Source of the DNA: Acidimicrobiia bacterium
Lineage (GTDB): Bacteria; Actinomycetota; Acidimicrobiia; Acidimicrobiales; Bin134
Direction of reading: 5' to 3'
Length of the DNA: 64,000 nucleotides
Assembly: GCA_022825005.1 (NCBI GenBank)
Contig: JAJDYU010000016.1
Span: 4,604 to 68,603, forward strand
In this document: piece after piece, positions 41,762 to 51,713 of the stretch
Position numbering within the stretch: position 1 is the stretch's first letter
How the letters are laid out: every line of letters begins with the position of its first letter
Program-made: the position numbers and the translations under genes
The notes under the pieces: generated by a model
The model's database searches: none
Told to the model about the DNA's origin: nothing
Seen by the model: only the letters and a program-made list of their open reading frames with translations

Positions 41762-42823
41762 CTAAAGCACTCCGGTGGCCATGTCGGCGGCGTGGGCCAG
41801 CATGTCGTCTACTCGTCGAGCGATGTCGTGGACGTCGCCGGTGGTTCCCATGCCGCCGGTCATCCCCTGCAAGCGGCGGGCATATGCTCCCTCCACGATG
41901 CAGGCCTGCTTCCACCAGCTGAACACGGCGTAGTAGGGGAGGTCCGACAGGTCGAAGCCCGACTGGGCGGCGTAGCGGTCGGCCACCTCCTGGCGGCGGA
42001 CGAAGCAGTCCTGAAGGGTGGGCGGATCGGTGAGGAAGCTCATCTCGTCGCCGGGATCGGCCCAGTACTGGAGCGACCAGGCGAAATCGGCGATGGGATT
42101 GCCGGTGGTACACAACTCCCAGTCCAACACTGCGGCGATCTTCCACTGGCCGTCGAGCACGGTGTTGTCGAACCGGTAATCGCCGTGGGCCAGCGCTGGG
42201 GAGGCAGTCTCGGCTGGTTTGGCCGCGCTCAGCCGCTCGTGCAGCTCGATGAGCAGCGGCACTTCTCGCACCCCGGCGGCCTCCACCTGTCGGCGCCAGC
42301 GCTTGAGCTGGCGGCCCACGTAGTCCTCTCGGCGGCCCAGGTCGCCCAGCCCCACCTCGTCGAGGTCGAGGGTGTGGAAGTCGATCTGCACGTCGAGCAG
42401 GCTCTGGGTGGCGATTTCGGCCTGTTCGGGGGTCATGTCGGCGGCCGAGTCCTGGTCCCTCAGAATGCGCCCTTCCACGAAGCTCATAACGTAGAAGTCG
42501 GCCCCGTTCACCGTGTGGTCGTCGCAGAAGGCCACCATCTCGGGCACCGGCACGTCGCTGGCCTCGCCCAGAGCGGCCATGATGCGCCACTCTCGTCCCA
42601 TGTCGTGGGCAGTGGCCAGCGACGATCCCACCGGGGGCCGCCGCAGCGCCCACTGTCGGCCCCCGGAATCAGCCAGCCGGAAGGTGAGGTTGGACCCGCC
42701 GGCGGCAATCAGGTCGAAGGTGAACGGCGGCTCGCTGTCGGCGATGTTGTCGACCAGCCAGCCAGTGACCGGCGCCACATCGATTCCAGCGATTTCGGTG
42801 CTCGATGACTCCTGCGTGCTCAT
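41762..42823 (-). CDS. APH/ChoK-fold phosphotransferase family protein
   Basis: Catalytic loop LAHGDYRFDNTVL followed by AAVLDWELCTTGNP. This is the type often found beside acyl-CoA dehydrogenases in actinobacteria. Confidence 0.75.
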   Translation of the reverse strand: MSTQESSSTEIAGIDVAPVTGWLVDNIADSEPPFTFDLIAAGGSNLTFRLADSGGRQWALRRPPVGSSLATAHDMGREWRIMAALGEASDVPVPEMVAFCDDHTVNGADFYVMSFVEGRILRDQDSAADMTPEQAEIATQSLLDVQIDFHTLDLDEVGLGDLGRREDYVGRQLKRWRRQVEAAGVREVPLLIELHERLSAAKPAETASPALAHGDYRFDNTVLDGQWKIAAVLDWELCTTGNPIADFAWSLQYWADPGDEMSFLTDPPTLQDCFVRRQEVADRYAAQSGFDLSDLPYYAVFSWWKQACIVEGAYARRLQGMTGGMGTTGDVHDIARRVDDMLAHAADMATGVL

Positions 42824-42889
42824 GACTGCCGATTCTTGCTGTCCGGTGACTCCACCGCGCCAGTCTGGTCTTCCGCTACGGTCAGTGCC

Positions 42890-43456
42890 ATGTCTCCAAC
42901 TGCGCTGCTGACTCGCTCCGATTCTGTATCACCGGAGGTCGAAGACCTCGGTGTGGCCTTGGGGTCGCTGGACACTCCAATCGGACCTCTGAATGTTGCC
43001 GCCACTTCGAAAGGGCTGGTGAGGGTCGGATTCGGCTACATGGAGGAAAGAGCAGACATGATGGCCGAACTGGCCGAACTGCCCGGCTCGATGGGAGAAG
43101 GCGACACCGCCTGGCTGGACGAGCCCTTCGCCCAGCTCGGTGAGTACTTCGAGGGTCGCCGACAGCAGTTCGACCTGGTCCTGGACTGGCACCTGAGCCA
43201 CGGGTTCTATCGCCGGGTGCTCGACACGCTGATGACCGTGGACTACGGCACCACGGTTTCCTATGGGGAGTTGGCCTTCATGGCCGGCTCACCGGGTGCG
43301 GCTCGAGCGGTGGGGACGGCCATGTCCAGCAACCCGATCCCCTTGGTGGTGCCTTGCCACCGGGTGGTGCGCAGCGACGGGTCGGTGGGGGAGTACGGAG
43401 GACGTCCCGACGTAAAGGCCTGGCTGTTGGAGCACGAGAGCGCCCACCGGGTCTGA
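42890..43456 (+). CDS. ogt: methylated-DNA--protein-cysteine methyltransferase
   Basis: Active site IPLVVPCHRVV and the helix-turn-wing YGELAFMAGSPGAARAVG. The start (ATG 42890 versus 42836) is uncertain. Confidence 0.85.
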   Translation: MSPTALLTRSDSVSPEVEDLGVALGSLDTPIGPLNVAATSKGLVRVGFGYMEERADMMAELAELPGSMGEGDTAWLDEPFAQLGEYFEGRRQQFDLVLDWHLSHGFYRRVLDTLMTVDYGTTVSYGELAFMAGSPGAARAVGTAMSSNPIPLVVPCHRVVRSDGSVGEYGGRPDVKAWLLEHESAHRV

Positions 43457-44235
43457 TGACTCGTCTTAGCAAGTTGGACCGGTCGGTGGCCGGTCGGGTG
43501 GCCTTGGTCACCGGCGCGGCCTCCGGCATGGGCCGAGCCACCGCGTGGCTTCTGGCCGACGAGGGGGCCAAGGTGGCCGCGCTGGATGTCAACCGCTTCG
43601 GGGTGGAGGAGACGGTGGCGGCCATCGTCGACGCAGGTGGAACGGCCCTGGCAGTGGCCTGCGACCTGGCTGATCCTGAAGTGGTGGAACCAGTGGTGGA
43701 GCAGGTTCGGAACGAGCTGGGCCCGGTGGACATATTGATCAACAATGCGGGCATTGCCGCCGGCGCTCCAGTGGAGGCCGCCGACTACGAGGACGTATGG
43801 GCCGCGGCCATGGAGGTGAACCTCACCGCGCAGATGCGCTTGGTGCGGGCCTGCCTGGACGACCTGAAGCGCAACGGCGACGGCCGGATCGTCAACGTGG
43901 CCTCCACCGAGGGGGTGATGGCCACGCCCAACACCTCGCCCTACACCGTGAGCAAGCACGGCGTGGTCGGCCTCACCCGGGCGCTGGCCGTGGAGTTGGG
44001 CCAGTGGGGGGTGACTGCCAATGCGGTTTGCCCTGGCCCGATCCGCACCGCGATGACCGGCAACATTCCTGAAGAGGCCAAGCAGAAGTACGCCCGCCGC
44101 CGGGTCCCGGCCCGTCGCTACGGCGATCCCGAAGAGGTAGCCCAGGTCACCCTGTCTTTGGTGCTGCCCGCCGCCTCATTCATCAACGGCGCCGTCGTGC
44201 TGGTAGACGGCGGCCTCCACGCCAAGTCCAACTGA
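43456..44235 (+). CDS. short-chain dehydrogenase/reductase (FabG-like)
   Basis: The internal ATG 43456 overlaps the ogt stop (TGATG). VTGAASGMGRA, NNAG and YTVSKHG motifs. Confidence 0.85.
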   Translation: MTRLSKLDRSVAGRVALVTGAASGMGRATAWLLADEGAKVAALDVNRFGVEETVAAIVDAGGTALAVACDLADPEVVEPVVEQVRNELGPVDILINNAGIAAGAPVEAADYEDVWAAAMEVNLTAQMRLVRACLDDLKRNGDGRIVNVASTEGVMATPNTSPYTVSKHGVVGLTRALAVELGQWGVTANAVCPGPIRTAMTGNIPEEAKQKYARRRVPARRYGDPEEVAQVTLSLVLPAASFINGAVVLVDGGLHAKSN

Positions 44236-44262
44236 GCAAGCTGCTGCCGCAGCTGGCCGGGT

Positions 44263-44568
44263 TCAGGCGGTCCGGCGCCGCCTCTCGTTCCAGAAGACCG
44301 CTTGGAGTTCGAACTCGTCGACGTCGTCGAGGGCTTCATCATCCTCGGTGTCCCAGAAGGAGTGGGTCTCCACGAAGGCGGTGAACTCAGAGAGCTGCTT
44401 CGGCTCGGGCAGGTCGGGGACGTTGCGGAATCGGCCGAACAGATCAGTTGCAACTCCGGACGCGCGCAGCAAGTAGGCGCCGAGCAAATGCACGACGAGA
44501 TAGGCCCCTACTACAATGCCCAAAGTCATGCCGGAACAGGCACTATAGAGACGATTGGCTCTGTCCAC
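44263..44568 (-). CDS. small hypothetical membrane protein with acidic C-terminal half
   Basis: One predicted TM helix (LGIVVGAYLVVHLLGAYLL), then DTEDDEALDDVDEFE. No recognisable family, and the start is uncertain. Confidence 0.35.
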   Translation of the reverse strand: MDRANRLYSACSGMTLGIVVGAYLVVHLLGAYLLRASGVATDLFGRFRNVPDLPEPKQLSEFTAFVETHSFWDTEDDEALDDVDEFELQAVFWNERRRRTA

Positions 44569-44668
44569 AACTGGATCACAGCGAAATCCACAACTTGACT
44601 ATGTCCAGTGTCTATAATCCCTGCTCTTTCTCCCTGCCCTCGTTCCCTAGTTAGGCGGTGAACAGGCG

Positions 44669-45487
44669 TTGAGCGACGCATCTACTGTCACGGTTGAAAC
44701 GCCCGAAACGGGCATCACCCAGATCACCATGTCACGCCCCGAGAGGCTCAACGCCTTGAGTTCCGAGCTCATTGCCGACCTGAGCGGAGCCCTTGAGGAG
44801 GTGGAGAGGGACCGCTCACAGCGGGCGGTGGTTCTCACCGGTGCTGGCCGGGGGTTCTGCTCCGGCGCAGATCTCAAGGCCGGGGGCGACGAAGAGTTTT
44901 CCGAGCTGCCCGACCGGAGCCAGGTGGGGCCCATCTACGACATGCAACTCGACCTGGCCAACCTCATGCTCAAGATCTACGAGCTGCGGGTGCCGGTGAT
45001 CGCCGCAGTGAACGGCCCCGCCGTCGGCGGAGGCTTCGCCATTGCCCTGCACTGCGATGTTCGGGTGGCCGCGGAGTCGGCCCGGTTCGGCTCGGTGTTC
45101 ATCAAGGTGGGCCTGTCGTCGCTGGACGTGGGCAACAGCTACCTGCTGCCCCGGATCGTTGGGGCCGGTCGGGCCCGGGAGCTGATGCTCACCGGGAGGA
45201 TCTTCGATGCCGCCGAGGCCGATCGCATCGGGCTGGTATCCAGGGTCGTGCCAGACGGCCAAGTGGTGGAGGCCGCCCTCGATGTGGCCCGGCAGATCGC
45301 GGCCAACAATGAGTACGGCGTGTGGATGACCAAGCTTGGGGCCAACGCCACTCTCGACGCCCCCAGCCTGCGTCATGCCATGGAACTGGAGAACCGCACC
45401 CAGGTTCTGGGCACATTCACCGGCAACATGGCCGAGGCCTCCGAAGCATTTCGCGAGGGCCGTGAGCCCCGCTGGAACCCGCTATAG
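44669..45487 (+). CDS. enoyl-CoA hydratase/isomerase family protein
   Basis: TTG start. RPERLNAL, GAGRGFCSGADL and AAVNGPAVGGGFAIALHCD are crotonase signatures. Confidence 0.85.
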   Translation: MSDASTVTVETPETGITQITMSRPERLNALSSELIADLSGALEEVERDRSQRAVVLTGAGRGFCSGADLKAGGDEEFSELPDRSQVGPIYDMQLDLANLMLKIYELRVPVIAAVNGPAVGGGFAIALHCDVRVAAESARFGSVFIKVGLSSLDVGNSYLLPRIVGAGRARELMLTGRIFDAAEADRIGLVSRVVPDGQVVEAALDVARQIAANNEYGVWMTKLGANATLDAPSLRHAMELENRTQVLGTFTGNMAEASEAFREGREPRWNPL

Positions 45488-45499
45488 GCTGCCAGACCG

Positions 45500-46273
45500 A
45501 TGCTCAAGATAGAAGACCACGGGCGGGTTCGGCTGCTGACCTTGGACCGCCCCGATGCGCTGAACGCGTTCAGCGAGGCCCTGTACGACGCCACTGCCCA
45601 AGCCCTGATCGATGCCGCCGCCGACGCCGATGTGGCTGTTGTGGTGCTCACCGGAAACGGACGGGCGTTCTGCGCCGGCACCGACCTGGTGGAGATGGGG
45701 GCCCGCAACCCCGGCGGGGCCGGTGTGGAGCCCGGTGTCCACGGATTCGCCGGGATGATCGACCAGATGGACTCCTTCCTCAAGCCGTTCATCATCGCGG
45801 TCAACGGTCTGGCCATCGGCGTGGGGGCCACCATGCTGGGCTTTGCCGACTTGGCCTTCATGTCGTCTGAGGCCCGGCTGCAGTGTCCGTTCTCAAGCCT
45901 GGGCGTGGCCCCCGAGGCAGCCAGCAGCTACACCTTCCCGCTGCTTTTGGGTCGCCAGCAGGCCATATGGACCCTGCTCAGCGCCGAGTGGATCAGTGCG
46001 GAGGAGGCTCAGGAGATGGGCCTGGTGTGGAAGGTGTGCCCGCCTGAGGAACTGATGGACACCACGCTGGCCCACGCGCAGAAGCTGGCCGCGCTGCCAG
46101 TATCGTCGCTGATGGAGTCGAAGGCCCTTATCACCCACGGTTGGCATGATGGCGTGGCCGCCGCTCGGGAGCGGGAGAACGCCGCCTTCGGCCGCCTGAT
46201 GGGAGCACCGGCCAACGTGGAGGCCATCTCCGCCTTCATGGAGAAGCGCCCTCCAGACTTCACCGGCATGTAA
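45500..46273 (+). CDS. enoyl-CoA hydratase/isomerase family protein
   Basis: RPDALNAF, GNGRAFCAGTDL and IAVNGLAIGVGATML. Confidence 0.85.
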   Translation: MLKIEDHGRVRLLTLDRPDALNAFSEALYDATAQALIDAAADADVAVVVLTGNGRAFCAGTDLVEMGARNPGGAGVEPGVHGFAGMIDQMDSFLKPFIIAVNGLAIGVGATMLGFADLAFMSSEARLQCPFSSLGVAPEAASSYTFPLLLGRQQAIWTLLSAEWISAEEAQEMGLVWKVCPPEELMDTTLAHAQKLAALPVSSLMESKALITHGWHDGVAAARERENAAFGRLMGAPANVEAISAFMEKRPPDFTGM

Positions 46274-46339
46274 GCACGGTTTCGGCCTCTCCCCAGACTG
46301 CGCCTACCATCCACCCAGCGCGCGCCGATTGGAGGGCAA

Positions 46340-47905
46340 ATGGCTGAGACCGACGTGCTGGGATTCTGGAAGATCGCCGAGGCCGATCCCGAGCGCCTGG
46401 CGGTGGTAGACCCCGATTACAACGAGATCACCTACCGGGAGCTGGCCAAGCTGACCAACCGCATCGTGCACGGTTTGCGGGCTGCTGGGCTTGAAGTGGG
46501 CGATCAGGTGACCACTGTGCTGCCCAACGGGATCGAGCAGACGGCCGTGTCCCTGGCCGCCTATCAGGGGGGCTTCTACCTCACCACCGTGAACTGGCAC
46601 TTGGCCGGCCCCGAGATCGCCTACATCGTCAACGACAGCGAGACAAAGGCATTCATCGTCCATGAGGACTTTGCCGATCAGGCCACCAGGGTGCTGGAGG
46701 AGAGCGATGTTCCCGCCGCCAACCGTTTCTCGGTAGGGAGCATCGACGGCTTCCGCCCGCTGTCCGAATTGGTCGAATCACAGCCGGCCAGCAGGCCCAA
46801 CGACCTCACGACCGGTTCGTTCATGTTCTACACCTCGGGCACCACCGGGCGGCCCAAGGGCGTGCGGCGGGCATTGCCCAGTGTCCACCCCGATGAATCC
46901 GCCGCCGGCTCCGGCGGGCTGTTCATGCTGCTGGGCATCATGCCCCACCAAGACAACGTCCACATCACGCAGGCCCCGCTGTACCACACCGCGGTGAACA
47001 TCTGGACCACCACGTCGCTGCACATGGGTCATCCCGCGGTCCTCATGGGCCGCTGGACCGCAGAGGGGGCGCTGGAGCGCATCGACCGCTACAAGGTCAC
47101 CCAGAGCCACATGGTGCCCACGATGTTCCACCGCCTGCTCCAACTGCCCGACGAGGTGAAGGAGCGCTACGACGTGTCGTCGCTGCGGCGGATGATCCAC
47201 GCCGCCGCGCCCTGCCCGGTGGAGACCAAGCAGAAGATGCTCGACTGGTGGGGCGACTGCATCTGGGAGTACTACGCGGCCACCGAGGGCGGCGGCACCT
47301 ACATCCCCCCCGACGAGTGGCGGAAGTACACCGGCACGGTGGGCCGCCCGTGGCCGGGATCGGAGGTCATCGTGGTGGACGACGACGGCAACCGCTTGCC
47401 TCCCGGCGCCAGCGGAACCATCTACATGAAGATGCCCCAGGGACAGACCTTCGAGTACTACAAGGACCAGGAGAAGACCGACAAGGCCCGCCTGGGCAAG
47501 GAGTTCTTCACCGTAGGTGACGTGGGATACTTCAACGACGACGGCTACCTGTTCCTCAACGACCGGTCCAACGACATGATCATCGTGGGCGGGATGAACA
47601 TCTACCCCGCTGAGATCGAGGGCGCGCTGCTCCAGAGCCCGCTGGTGGGCGACGCCGCGGTGTTCGGGATTCCCAACGAGGACACCGGCGAAGAGATCAA
47701 GGCGGTCATCGAGCCCGCTTCCGGCGTGGCCGCCGACGACGACACCAGGGGGGCCATAATGGCTCTCCTCCGGGACCAGATTGCCAAGCAGAAGTGGCCC
47801 CGCTCCATCGACTTCACCGACGAGATGCCCCGCGACCCCAACGGCAAGCTGTACAAGCGTCGGCTACGCGACCCCTATTGGGAAGGCAAGACCCGGTCTA
47901 TCTAA
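46340..47905 (+). CDS. AMP-forming acyl-CoA synthetase (FadD-like)
   Basis: MFYTSGTTGRPKGV (A3), YYAATEGGG (A5), GDVGYFNDDGYLFLNDR (A8) and PRDPNGKLYKR (A10). Confidence 0.85.
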   Translation: MAETDVLGFWKIAEADPERLAVVDPDYNEITYRELAKLTNRIVHGLRAAGLEVGDQVTTVLPNGIEQTAVSLAAYQGGFYLTTVNWHLAGPEIAYIVNDSETKAFIVHEDFADQATRVLEESDVPAANRFSVGSIDGFRPLSELVESQPASRPNDLTTGSFMFYTSGTTGRPKGVRRALPSVHPDESAAGSGGLFMLLGIMPHQDNVHITQAPLYHTAVNIWTTTSLHMGHPAVLMGRWTAEGALERIDRYKVTQSHMVPTMFHRLLQLPDEVKERYDVSSLRRMIHAAAPCPVETKQKMLDWWGDCIWEYYAATEGGGTYIPPDEWRKYTGTVGRPWPGSEVIVVDDDGNRLPPGASGTIYMKMPQGQTFEYYKDQEKTDKARLGKEFFTVGDVGYFNDDGYLFLNDRSNDMIIVGGMNIYPAEIEGALLQSPLVGDAAVFGIPNEDTGEEIKAVIEPASGVAADDDTRGAIMALLRDQIAKQKWPRSIDFTDEMPRDPNGKLYKRRLRDPYWEGKTRSI

Positions 47906-47929
47906 GGGTGGGCAGGTTGTAGCCGAAGA

Positions 47930-49534
47930 TTGGTAGCGCTGATGGCCCGCCTGTTCAATCCTGAGTTGGTGGAGCCGGAGGAGCTCGCCCCCCGTCAAGT
48001 CCACGTCATCATGATCGCCCTGATGACGGGCATGTTCCTGGCGGCATTGGACAACTCGGTGCTGGCCACCGCGGTGCCAACCATCGCCGGCGAACTGGGC
48101 GGCCAGGACCAGGTGGCGTGGATCATCATCTCCTATCTGCTGACCGGCACCATCGCCACGCCCATCATCGGCAAGCTCAGCGACATCTATGGCCGCAAGC
48201 TGGTCTTCCAGCTCACCATCGGCTTCTTCATCATCACCTCGGCGCTGGCTGGTCTGTCGCAGACCATGTTGCAGCTGGTGCTGTTCCGGGCCTTACAGGG
48301 GCTGGCCGGCGGCGGGTTGTTGGCGCTGCCCATGGCCATAGTGGGCGACATCGTCGCCCCCAACGAGCGGGGTCGCTACCAGGGCTACATCGCGGCCACG
48401 TTCGGCACGGCCAGCGTGGCCGGACCGCTCATCGGAGGCTTCTTCGTCGACCACCTGAGCTGGCGGTGGGTGTTCTACGTGAACATTCCTGTGGGCTTGA
48501 TCTCAATGGCGGCCATTGCGGTGCTGTTCAACGTGCGCCTCGACGTCGTGTCCCGCCCCATCGACTGGTTGGGTGCGGGGTTGCTCATCTCCGGGTTCAC
48601 CCCGTTGCTGATCGCCCTCAGCATCGGGGGAGACCAGCTGGCCTGGTCGTCGCCGGGGATGGCCCTGATCTTGGCGGCCTCGGCCGTGCTGTTGCCGGCC
48701 TTCTTCTGGTGGGAGACCAAGGCTGCCGATCCGATCCTTCCGCCCCGGCTGTATTCCAACGACGTCGTGCGGTGGTCGATGGTGGTCATGCTGCTCATCG
48801 GGCTGGTGATGTTCGGGGCCACGCTCTTCATTCCCGTGTTCTTGCAGGTGGTGTCGGGAGTAAGCGCCACCGGTTCGGGCCTGAACATGATGCCCATGTT
48901 CATCGGCATCATCTTCACGTCGGTGTTGTCGGGCAAGATGCTCACCCGGTTTGGGAACTACAAGGTGTTCATTGTGCTCGGCACCGTGCTCATGACTGCG
49001 GGGATGTCGCTGTTGGCCTTGTTCTTGGGCCGCGAAACCACCCAGGTTCAGGTGGGTCTCATGGTGTTCGTCATCGGATTGGGTTTAGGGATGACCATGC
49101 CGGTGCTGGTGCTGGTCGTGCAGAATGCCAGCGCGCACCGCGACATCGGCATGGTGTCGGCGGCCACCAACTTCGTGCGATCGCTGGGGGGCACCATCGG
49201 TGCGGCCGTCATGGGGGCCATCTACGCCAACGGACTGCAATCTTCCCTTGAGTCCAAAGTCACCCCCGAGCAATTAGCCGCCCTGCCCGATCCCGACAAG
49301 CTGCTGGGCAGCCCCCAGCAGATCCGGGCCATCCAGGACCCGTCGATAGTGGATGCGGTGCTGGACTCCTTCACGGTGGGGGTGGGTCGCTGTTTCATCT
49401 TTGGAGCACCGATAATCGCCGTAGGAATCTTGGCCGCGCTATTGGTCCGCCAGATCCCGCTGCGCCAGGAGATTCGCTCCGAAGAGGAGCGAGCCGAGGC
49501 CGCCGCCCTCCGGGAGTCGCCATCAGTCGGCTGA
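47930..49534 (+). CDS. MFS transporter, DHA2 type
   Basis: 14-TMS-like hydrophobicity with VPTIAGELG and [11 protein letters not shown] paralogue of the MFS at 19394-20947. The start is TTG 47930 or ATG 47942. Confidence 0.85.
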   Translation: MVALMARLFNPELVEPEELAPRQVHVIMIALMTGMFLAALDNSVLATAVPTIAGELGGQDQVAWIIISYLLTGTIATPIIGKLSDIYGRKLVFQLTIGFFIITSALAGLSQTMLQLVLFRALQGLAGGGLLALPMAIVGDIVAPNERGRYQGYIAATFGTASVAGPLIGGFFVDHLSWRWVFYVNIPVGLISMAAIAVLFNVRLDVVSRPIDWLGAGLLISGFTPLLIALSIGGDQLAWSSPGMALILAASAVLLPAFFWWETKAADPILPPRLYSNDVVRWSMVVMLLIGLVMFGATLFIPVFLQVVSGVSATGSGLNMMPMFIGIIFTSVLSGKMLTRFGNYKVFIVLGTVLMTAGMSLLALFLGRETTQVQVGLMVFVIGLGLGMTMPVLVLVVQNASAHRDIGMVSAATNFVRSLGGTIGAAVMGAIYANGLQSSLESKVTPEQLAALPDPDKLLGSPQQIRAIQDPSIVDAVLDSFTVGVGRCFIFGAPIIAVGILAALLVRQIPLRQEIRSEEERAEAAALRESPSVG

Positions 49535-49541
49535 TCGCGGG

Positions 49542-50513
49542 CTATTTGATGGCCACTGGGTTGACCGGTGACCCCAGGCCGCCCACGAACGGCTGGGGCG
49601 AGGCCTCCAGGAAGAAGTCGTAGTGGCCGTCAGCCGCGCAGTCGGCGGCCAGTTCTTCCAGATCCCAGTTCTGGCCTTGGGTGAGGCCCATGTCCACCAG
49701 GTCTAGGCAGTGGATGGCGAGGATCGCTCCCTCGAAGGCCGGGTCGTAGGGCAGCACCTCGAACACGATGTTGTCGGTGGCCACCGCGGCGATGTTGTTG
49801 TCGTGGAACCACTCGCAGGCGGTCACGCCGATCCCGGCGGAGCGCACGATCCCCATCTCGGGGATGGGCTCGCCGTAGTAGTTGTCCAGATCGCTGGCCT
49901 TGGCGTATGCGAACAGTCCGGTGCGGACCAGGATGATGTCGCCGGTGCGGATCTCCACCCCTTGGGCCTCAGCCGCGTTGGTCAGGTCGTCGTAGCCGAT
50001 GGCATGGCCCGGCTCCAGCACATCCACTCCATGGAGCTTGGCGATGTCCAGCAGCACGCCCCGCCCGGTGAGGCTCTTGACCTTTTCGATGCCACACACC
50101 GATGCTCCCCATTCGGTGATGGTGGAGGCGTCGTGGCCGTTGTAGAGCTTGCCCCGGTACATGGCATGGCACAGCCCATCCCAGTGGGTGGCGCATTGCA
50201 GGCCCATGGTGACCACGTCGTCGCTGGTGTGGAACATGTCAGGGTCGCCCATCATTGAGGCGTTGAGCGACACCATCGTCTTCAGCGGGTTCACCCGTCC
50301 GGGGATGACGCCGGTTTGCAGGCCGTCTTTGTGCAGGGGATAGGCCAGCGAAATGCGCTTGCCGGTGCGGATGCTCTGGGCCGCCTCCTTCACCACCTCG
50401 TCGGTGAGGAAGTTGAGCGTGCCGATCTGGTCGTCCTCGCCCCAGCGCCCCCAGTTGTTGATGCGAGCGGCGACGTCCAGAACTGATTGAGGGTATGGCA
50501 TGGCTGTGCACAC
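49542..50513 (-). CDS. cyclase-family protein (arylformamidase-like fold)
   Basis: INNWGRWGEDDQIGTLNFLT...THWDGLCH... is the pattern of the 'putative cyclase' family. Confidence 0.65.
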   Translation of the reverse strand: MCTAMPYPQSVLDVAARINNWGRWGEDDQIGTLNFLTDEVVKEAAQSIRTGKRISLAYPLHKDGLQTGVIPGRVNPLKTMVSLNASMMGDPDMFHTSDDVVTMGLQCATHWDGLCHAMYRGKLYNGHDASTITEWGASVCGIEKVKSLTGRGVLLDIAKLHGVDVLEPGHAIGYDDLTNAAEAQGVEIRTGDIILVRTGLFAYAKASDLDNYYGEPIPEMGIVRSAGIGVTACEWFHDNNIAAVATDNIVFEVLPYDPAFEGAILAIHCLDLVDMGLTQGQNWDLEELAADCAADGHYDFFLEASPQPFVGGLGSPVNPVAIK

Positions 50514-50553
50514 TACTCCGAGCCGCGGCGCGCTGATCGGCTAGAACTTCGCC

Positions 50554-51300
50554 ATGGGATGTCTTGATGGACGAGTAGCGATTGTGACCGGGGCGGCTCG
50601 GGGCCAGGGCGAGGCCGAGGCCCGGAAGTTTGTGGACGAAGGCGCGTTCGTGGTGATGGGCGACGTGCTCGACGAGGCGGGAGAGACGGTGGCCGCCGAG
50701 TTGGGCGACCAGGCCGTGTACCTCCACCACGACGTGTCGTCGCCCGAGGATTGGGCCCGGGTGGTGGCCGCGGCGGTGGAGCAGGGGCCGCTGCGGGCGC
50801 TGGTGAACAACGCCGCCGTCCACTGGACCGCTCCCATTGCCGATGAGACCCCCGAGAGCCTGCGTCGCATTTGGGAGGTGAACTACCTGGGCACGTTCCT
50901 GGGCATCCAGAGCGTGGCCGACTCCATGGCCGAGGCCGGCGGCGGGGGGATCGTCAACATTTCGTCCATCGCCGGGATGGAGGGCATCTCCCACCACGCC
51001 GCCTATGGGGGCACCAAGTGGGCGGTGCGGGGGCTGACGAAGGTGGCGGCCATTGAGCTGGGACCGCAGGGTATTCGGGTGAACTCCATACACCCCGGTC
51101 CGATCGAGACCGCCATGTTGTCGGCCGACCGCCACGGGCGCCCTGAGCTGTTTGGCCACGTACCGCTGCGCCGGGCCGGGGTCGCCTCCGAGGTGGCCGA
51201 TCTGGCCTGCTACCTGGTGTCGGACGCCTCGTCGTACCAGACTGGCCACGAGTACATAATCGACGGGGGCTCCACCGCTGGCATGGCGATTCGAGGGTAG
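50554..51300 (+). CDS. SDR, 3-alpha(20-beta)-hydroxysteroid-dehydrogenase (FabG3)-like
   Basis: LDGRVAIVTGAARGQGEAEARKFVDEGAFVVMGDV, NNAA and YGGTKWAVRG. Confidence 0.8.
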   Translation: MGCLDGRVAIVTGAARGQGEAEARKFVDEGAFVVMGDVLDEAGETVAAELGDQAVYLHHDVSSPEDWARVVAAAVEQGPLRALVNNAAVHWTAPIADETPESLRRIWEVNYLGTFLGIQSVADSMAEAGGGGIVNISSIAGMEGISHHAAYGGTKWAVRGLTKVAAIELGPQGIRVNSIHPGPIETAMLSADRHGRPELFGHVPLRRAGVASEVADLACYLVSDASSYQTGHEYIIDGGSTAGMAIRG

Positions 51301-51305
51301 GCATC

Positions 51306-51710
51306 ATGAGCGTTGAGGGATTCGACCATCTGGCCATAACCGTGGCCGACGTGGAGGCCACCGTGGCCTTTTACGGCGAGGTGCTGGGCGCTGAGCCCAT
51401 GTACCTGGAGGAGTTCCGGGCCGGCAAGATGCCCATCGTGATGATGCAGGTGGGGGCCAACCGCATCAACGTACACCCCGCCGCCGCTCCCGCCTCCCCC
51501 CACGCCCGCCTGCCCACCCCCGGCTCGGTAGACCTGTGCTTCCGCTGGGGCGGCACCATCGCCGAGGCCCAGGCTCACCTGGCCGACTGCGGCGTCGAGG
51601 TCATCGAAGGCCCTGCCCCCCGCCCCGCTAGCAACGGCGAACGCGGCCAATCCGTCTACTTTCGCGACACCGACGGCAACCTCCTAGAACTCCTCACCAT
51701 CAAGGGTTGA
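51306..51710 (+). CDS. VOC (glyoxalase/bleomycin-resistance/dioxygenase) family protein, single module
   Basis: FDHLAITVADVEATVAFYGEVLG...VYFRDTDGNLLEL. Confidence 0.75.
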   Translation: MSVEGFDHLAITVADVEATVAFYGEVLGAEPMYLEEFRAGKMPIVMMQVGANRINVHPAAAPASPHARLPTPGSVDLCFRWGGTIAEAQAHLADCGVEVIEGPAPRPASNGERGQSVYFRDTDGNLLELLTIKG

Positions 51711-51713
51711 TCA

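Noticed and set aside
44595-44618. TTGACT ... TATAAT pair upstream of the crotonase gene.
   Set aside because: The spacer is only 12 nt, so it is not a canonical sigma-70 promoter. The TATAAT alone might serve as an actinobacterial -10, but I cannot support it further.
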